From positions 1 to 29,196 of IMG/VR virus record IMGVR_UViG_3300009164_000029: a stretch of 29,196 nt of DNA, one strand, 5' to 3'. The stretch is from a virus. Lineage: Duplodnaviria; Caudoviricetes. Below the pieces are notes generated by a model that searched no databases, was not told where the DNA came from, and was given only the letters and a program-made list of their open reading frames with translations. Each line of letters starts with the position of its first letter. The stretch's first letter is position 1. A program made the position numbers and the translations under genes. Positions 25,097-29,196 of the stretch are shown one piece after another.

Positions 25097-26216
25097 TTGG
25101 AACTTCAACGCTCTGAACTCTGATAAACGATTTATTATAAATCAAGGAGGTTCAAGGTCATCTAAGACTTACTCGCTTTGTCAGTTGATTATTGTTTGGT
25201 GTTTGCAAAATCCTCAAAAGGTTGTGTCCATCGTACGTAAGACATTTCCAGCTTTGCGTGCTACTGTTATGCGTGACTTCTTCGAGGTGCTTAAAGACTT
25301 GGAGTTATACGAGAAATCTAATCATAACATGAGCGAGAACATCTACCGATTCGACAACGGTAGTATCGTTGAGTTCTTCTCAGTAGACGATGAACAAAAG
25401 ATAAGAGGTCGCAAGCGTGACATCGGTTGGTGCAATGAAGCTAATGAACTTTGGTTCGATGACTTTCAGCAGTTGAATATGAGAACTGAGTCAAAGTTAA
25501 TATTTGACTATAATCCCTCAGAAAGTAGTGGATGGCTTTATGAACTACCAAAAGACGAAAGTATATTAATCAAGTCAACCTATAAAGATAATCCTTTTTT
25601 AGCTGAGTCAATCAAGCGACAGATAGAAGATTTAAAGAGAACAGATGAAGCATTGTATCAGATTTATGCATTAGGTGAAACGGCAATAAGCAAATCAAAC
25701 ATCTATAGCAATTGGACATTTGTACAACACCGCCCTTCTAAGTTCACGCAGCACGTATACGGGCTTGATTTTGGATTTAACCACCCTACCGCATTGATAC
25801 GTGTCTATTGGCATGAGAAGGACATTTACATCGAACCCGTTATTTACGAGTCTTACTTAACAACTACCGACCTCATTGAACGATTCAACAATTTAGGCAT
25901 TGACAAGAGCATTGACATTTTAGCTGATTACTCAAGACCTGAGATAATAGCAGAGATGCAGATAGCTGGCTACAACGTCAACAACGCAAACAAGGTAGTT
26001 AAAAAAGGAATTGACAATGTCAAGTCATTTGGTGTGATGTGTCAGGACGACCCTAGACTAAAGAAAGAGTTTGATAACTATAAGTGGAAGAAGATTGGCG
26101 ACACAATAACAGACGAACCTGTAAAGCTATTTGACGATGCTATGGATGCGATACGCTACGCAACAACGTTTATTAAGGAAATGTATTTTAGTGACGATGG
26201 CTATCTTGCCTTCTAA
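25068..26216 (+). CDS. terL: Terminase large subunit (PBSX/SPP1-like)
   Basis: GTG start; Walker A 'GGSRSSKT', Walker B 'WCNEANE', 'DYNP', 'STYKDNPFL', nuclease 'GLDFGF', 'DDAMDAIRY'. Confidence 0.93.
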   Translation: MKIRATQVFDWNFNALNSDKRFIINQGGSRSSKTYSLCQLIIVWCLQNPQKVVSIVRKTFPALRATVMRDFFEVLKDLELYEKSNHNMSENIYRFDNGSIVEFFSVDDEQKIRGRKRDIGWCNEANELWFDDFQQLNMRTESKLIFDYNPSESSGWLYELPKDESILIKSTYKDNPFLAESIKRQIEDLKRTDEALYQIYALGETAISKSNIYSNWTFVQHRPSKFTQHVYGLDFGFNHPTALIRVYWHEKDIYIEPVIYESYLTTTDLIERFNNLGIDKSIDILADYSRPEIIAEMQIAGYNVNNANKVVKKGIDNVKSFGVMCQDDPRLKKEFDNYKWKKIGDTITDEPVKLFDDAMDAIRYATTFIKEMYFSDDGYLAF

Positions 26217-26245
26217 ACATTGACGAGTTTTTAATCATTATAGTT
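26215..26245 (+). promoter_or_regulatory. Putative late promoter AAACA-N16-CATTATAGTT abutting ATG 26246
   Basis: Fourth copy; fills the whole gap between terL and the tail gene. Confidence 0.78.
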
Positions 26246-27679
26246 ATGGCAATTACAATTGAAGGACAACCACAAGTACTGACACCAGGATACAATCCTA
26301 TGATGTACTACTTGAGCAGCACAAACGTTAACGAGTTAGGCTTCCGTTACATTGTTGAAGTATACATTGCAGGAACTGGCACAAAGTTATTCGAAAAGAG
26401 ATACGCACCAAGACCTGTAGATGGCTTTGCAGAGATAAATATTTCACGAGACATTCAAAGTTACTTAAGTGCCAACGAGCCTTTTGGATTAGAATCGTTG
26501 AATGCTACAAATCACTACTTAAAGTTTGATATCAAGTTTGGTGAGGAGTATCGAGTAGCGTGGGACTTCACAGATTTTATCTTCAACAACGGACAAACGG
26601 GATTTTGGCAAGTACCTAATATTACACCGCATCCTTTTGTATTAGGTGACCAAATCAGCGTAGTATTAGATTCTCCTCCTGGAGATTTCAGAGATGCGCT
26701 TGAAGGTCAGTTCTCAGTCATTGAAGTAGTAGATGCATACAACATAACAACCTCTTTGGCTTGGATTGGAAGTGGCTTAGCATTAACAGGCAAGATATAT
26801 TATTCTGATAATCGAAAGTCACGCTTTACAAATCTAGCAAATATATCAACTCAGACTGCTTTTAACGGTGCTTTGGATATGCGACAATTCAAAGACTACG
26901 ATTATACGTTCTACTCTCTTGATGGAGATGGTCAGTTTTTGACAACTCAACCTAGAGATTTTAGAGTGACGTTAACACAAGACATTTGGACTGCTTACTT
27001 TCACAACTACTTGCCATTTGGTCGTAGAATGTATTTTGAAACTAGCACAGGAAATATTGGTTATAAATCGATTTCTTCGTCTAATACGGTTGGGGTAGGT
27101 CTAGCAAATGTCGGAGGAAGTGGACTAGATTACTTGACGATGGTAGTCGGTACTTTGCCTTTGATTGATGATGATGTTGAGTGGTACGAGTATTATTTAT
27201 GTGATACGGCAGCAACTGAATTAAGCATTAGAAAAAGAGTGTACATTAATCGTACTTGTTCAATTGAATATTATGAGATTCTATTCTTGGATAGACTAGG
27301 TTCGTTCAGTTCTTTCCCATTTCAGTTACGTTCGATTGATAAAGGAAACGTACAACGGATGAGTTACAACAAGAAGTTTGGAGATGTCAACACTACTACC
27401 AACACTTTTGATTTTAACACTTGGGATAGCGGAAGAACTACTTACCACATAGACCTAAGCAAAGACTTAACACTTAACACTAATTGGTTGACTGATTCTG
27501 AAAGCGTTTACTTCGAAGAGTTAATAACGAGCGGTTTTACATACGTTAAGATTGAAGACAGATACTACGCTTGTCAAGTGCAAGAAACTAGCTTTGAAGT
27601 GCAGAGACAGAAGAACAAGAATTTGATTAGAAAGACTATTAACGTAAGGCTATCAGTTGACACACCAATAAACGTATGA
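26246..27679 (+). CDS. Virion tail protein (distal-tail/baseplate-like)
   Basis: 477 aa, beta-rich; C-terminal 'FLDRLG....F.F', 'LNTNWL.......EELITS'; first gene of the tail operon. Confidence 0.6.
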   Translation: MAITIEGQPQVLTPGYNPMMYYLSSTNVNELGFRYIVEVYIAGTGTKLFEKRYAPRPVDGFAEINISRDIQSYLSANEPFGLESLNATNHYLKFDIKFGEEYRVAWDFTDFIFNNGQTGFWQVPNITPHPFVLGDQISVVLDSPPGDFRDALEGQFSVIEVVDAYNITTSLAWIGSGLALTGKIYYSDNRKSRFTNLANISTQTAFNGALDMRQFKDYDYTFYSLDGDGQFLTTQPRDFRVTLTQDIWTAYFHNYLPFGRRMYFETSTGNIGYKSISSSNTVGVGLANVGGSGLDYLTMVVGTLPLIDDDVEWYEYYLCDTAATELSIRKRVYINRTCSIEYYEILFLDRLGSFSSFPFQLRSIDKGNVQRMSYNKKFGDVNTTTNTFDFNTWDSGRTTYHIDLSKDLTLNTNWLTDSESVYFEELITSGFTYVKIEDRYYACQVQETSFEVQRQKNKNLIRKTINVRLSVDTPINV

Positions 27680-29196
27680 CACTAACACGAATCATTTTAT
27701 TAGGAATAGACAACTACTTAGAGGTAAGTGAAGATGTAGTAGTTCCTATCAACTTTTCAATAGCTGACATTCGAGATGTTCAAGCAAAGAGCGGTAGTTA
27801 TTCAAAGTCAATCAAGGTAATCGGCACGAAGCATAATAACGAGGTTTTAAACAGTCTTTTTGATGTCAATGCGGTAACGTTAACTTATAATCTAAATCAA
27901 AAGCAACCTTGTCAAATCTTACAAAATGACGAACTGATATTGGACAACGCTATCCTTCAATTGGTAAATGTTGAGAAGATATCTAACGGCATGAACGATG
28001 ATGAGCAGATAGTCTACACCGTAACGGTCAAAGATACGGTAGGTGATTTGTTCACAGACATCGGTAACGCTATGTTGACAGATTTAGACTTCAGCGATTT
28101 AAACCATTCTTACACGAGTGCTAACGTTGTAGCAAGTTGGGCGCATGACGTGACAGATGGCTACAAGTACATCTTGCCTATGTCATCTGATAATGTATAT
28201 CAGTTGCCTGAGATGAAGCCAGCTATTTATTTACAGACGTATTTTGATAGAATCTTTGCTAATGCTGGCTACCAATACCAATTTGATGAGGCGGTGACTA
28301 TTGGCTTTGACAAGTTGCTGATGCCGTATAACGGAGATAAGGTTAAGTTATCAGAAGGCTATATTGAAGAGGTAAAAATAATTGCAGAAAATACTATTTC
28401 TACCGAATATTTTTTAGGAGACCAATTAATTATAGACACCGAGATACAAGACCCTAATTCGGCTTACAATCCAGCAACTTCTACTTACACATCTGAGTAT
28501 GCGTTAAATGTACCTAACACGATTCAATTTAAATTTATTTTAGATTATGATGTAATACTAGTTAATTCATCTGCTATAGTAGGTATATGTAGTTCTAATG
28601 GAACATACGCACCTAGCATATTTACAGAAGCTATCGGTGTTGGAAGTACTACAACAAGTACATCTGCAATAGATTCTATAACTTATGAAATTGGGGATTT
28701 ATTACCGATTGGTTCTAATGTTATTTCAAGTTCTGTAAAAACTATTTATAGTCTTACAACGAATGTAGATATTGGAGATACTGTTACTTTTGATTTTATT
28801 AATACAGATATACCTCCCATATTTAACAACATTCCAAGTGCAACATTAAAACTTAGAATTAACTCGGTAAGATTAGAAATATTCCCTACTGCTGACACGT
28901 TAGGTTACTTATTTCCTGTAGTTATGAATCAACACGTCCCCGTTCAAATCAAGCAGTCTGATTTTATAAAGTCGGTATTTACGATGTTCAACATATTTTG
29001 TCAGCCTGACGATACTGACACCACAAAGATTGTGTTAAAAACACGTGACTCTTTTTATGATAGTGGAATAGTAAAAGATTGGAGCAGAAAATTAGTAAAG
29101 GATAAACCTCATGTTATTGCATTCCTTCCAGAGGTCACGAGTAAAACACTTACTTTGACATACGGTCAAGATAAAGACCCAATTAACACAGGTTAT
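27676..29196 (+). CDS. 5' part of the large tail-tip/hub protein (continues at 124-1146 after circularisation); missing from the ORF track
   Basis: ATG 27676 (ATGA overlap), MTLTRIILLGIDNYLEVSEDVVVPINFSIADIRD...SYSKSI...; 29074-27676 = 1398 is divisible by 3, so it is in frame with base 1. Confidence 0.8.
   Translation, partial: MTLTRIILLGIDNYLEVSEDVVVPINFSIADIRDVQAKSGSYSKSIKVIGTKHNNEVLNSLFDVNAVTLTYNLNQKQPCQILQNDELILDNAILQLVNVEKISNGMNDDEQIVYTVTVKDTVGDLFTDIGNAMLTDLDFSDLNHSYTSANVVASWAHDVTDGYKYILPMSSDNVYQLPEMKPAIYLQTYFDRIFANAGYQYQFDEAVTIGFDKLLMPYNGDKVKLSEGYIEEVKIIAENTISTEYFLGDQLIIDTEIQDPNSAYNPATSTYTSEYALNVPNTIQFKFILDYDVILVNSSAIVGICSSNGTYAPSIFTEAIGVGSTTTSTSAIDSITYEIGDLLPIGSNVISSSVKTIYSLTTNVDIGDTVTFDFINTDIPPIFNNIPSATLKLRINSVRLEIFPTADTLGYLFPVVMNQHVPVQIKQSDFIKSVFTMFNIFCQPDDTDTTKIVLKTRDSFYDSGIVKDWSRKLVKDKPHVIAFLPEVTSKTLTLTYGQDKDPINTGY
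29074..29196 (+). repeat. Direct terminal repeat, copy 2
   Basis: Identical to 1-123. Confidence 0.97.

Overview
The window looks like a complete ~29.07-kb circular (or circularly permuted) genome of a small tailed dsDNA phage, probably siphovirus-like. Bases 1-123 are repeated exactly at 29074-29196, and one ~847-aa tail gene reads in frame across that junction. TAnnTTTG promoters, A-rich starts without Shine-Dalgarno sequences and a u-spanin-like lipoprotein point to a Bacteroidota (Flavobacteria-like) host. Early/replication module (14.8-22.9 kb): small ORFs, DnaA-C-like HTH, Erf, YqaJ-like exonuclease, SSB, an initiator containing iteron-like repeats, N6/N4 methyltransferase, helicase, NinG. 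Middle block (23.0-26.2 kb): sigma-like protein, HAD-like protein, TerS/TerL. Structural and lysis block (26.2 kb through the junction to 13.7 kb) in non-canonical order. I found no integrase, CI-like repressor, DNA polymerase, tRNA or CRISPR. The most interesting signals are regulatory. (1) Four copies of an exactly spaced motif, RAACA-N16-CATTATWGTT, sit directly against the ATG of structural operons (candidate phage-sigma late promoters giving leaderless mRNA). (2) A ~60-nt candidate small RNA (about 14611-14671) has an unpaired region complementary to the start-codon regions of many early genes. Together they suggest an early-to-late translational switch. All product calls come from motif recognition by eye; no database search was run.
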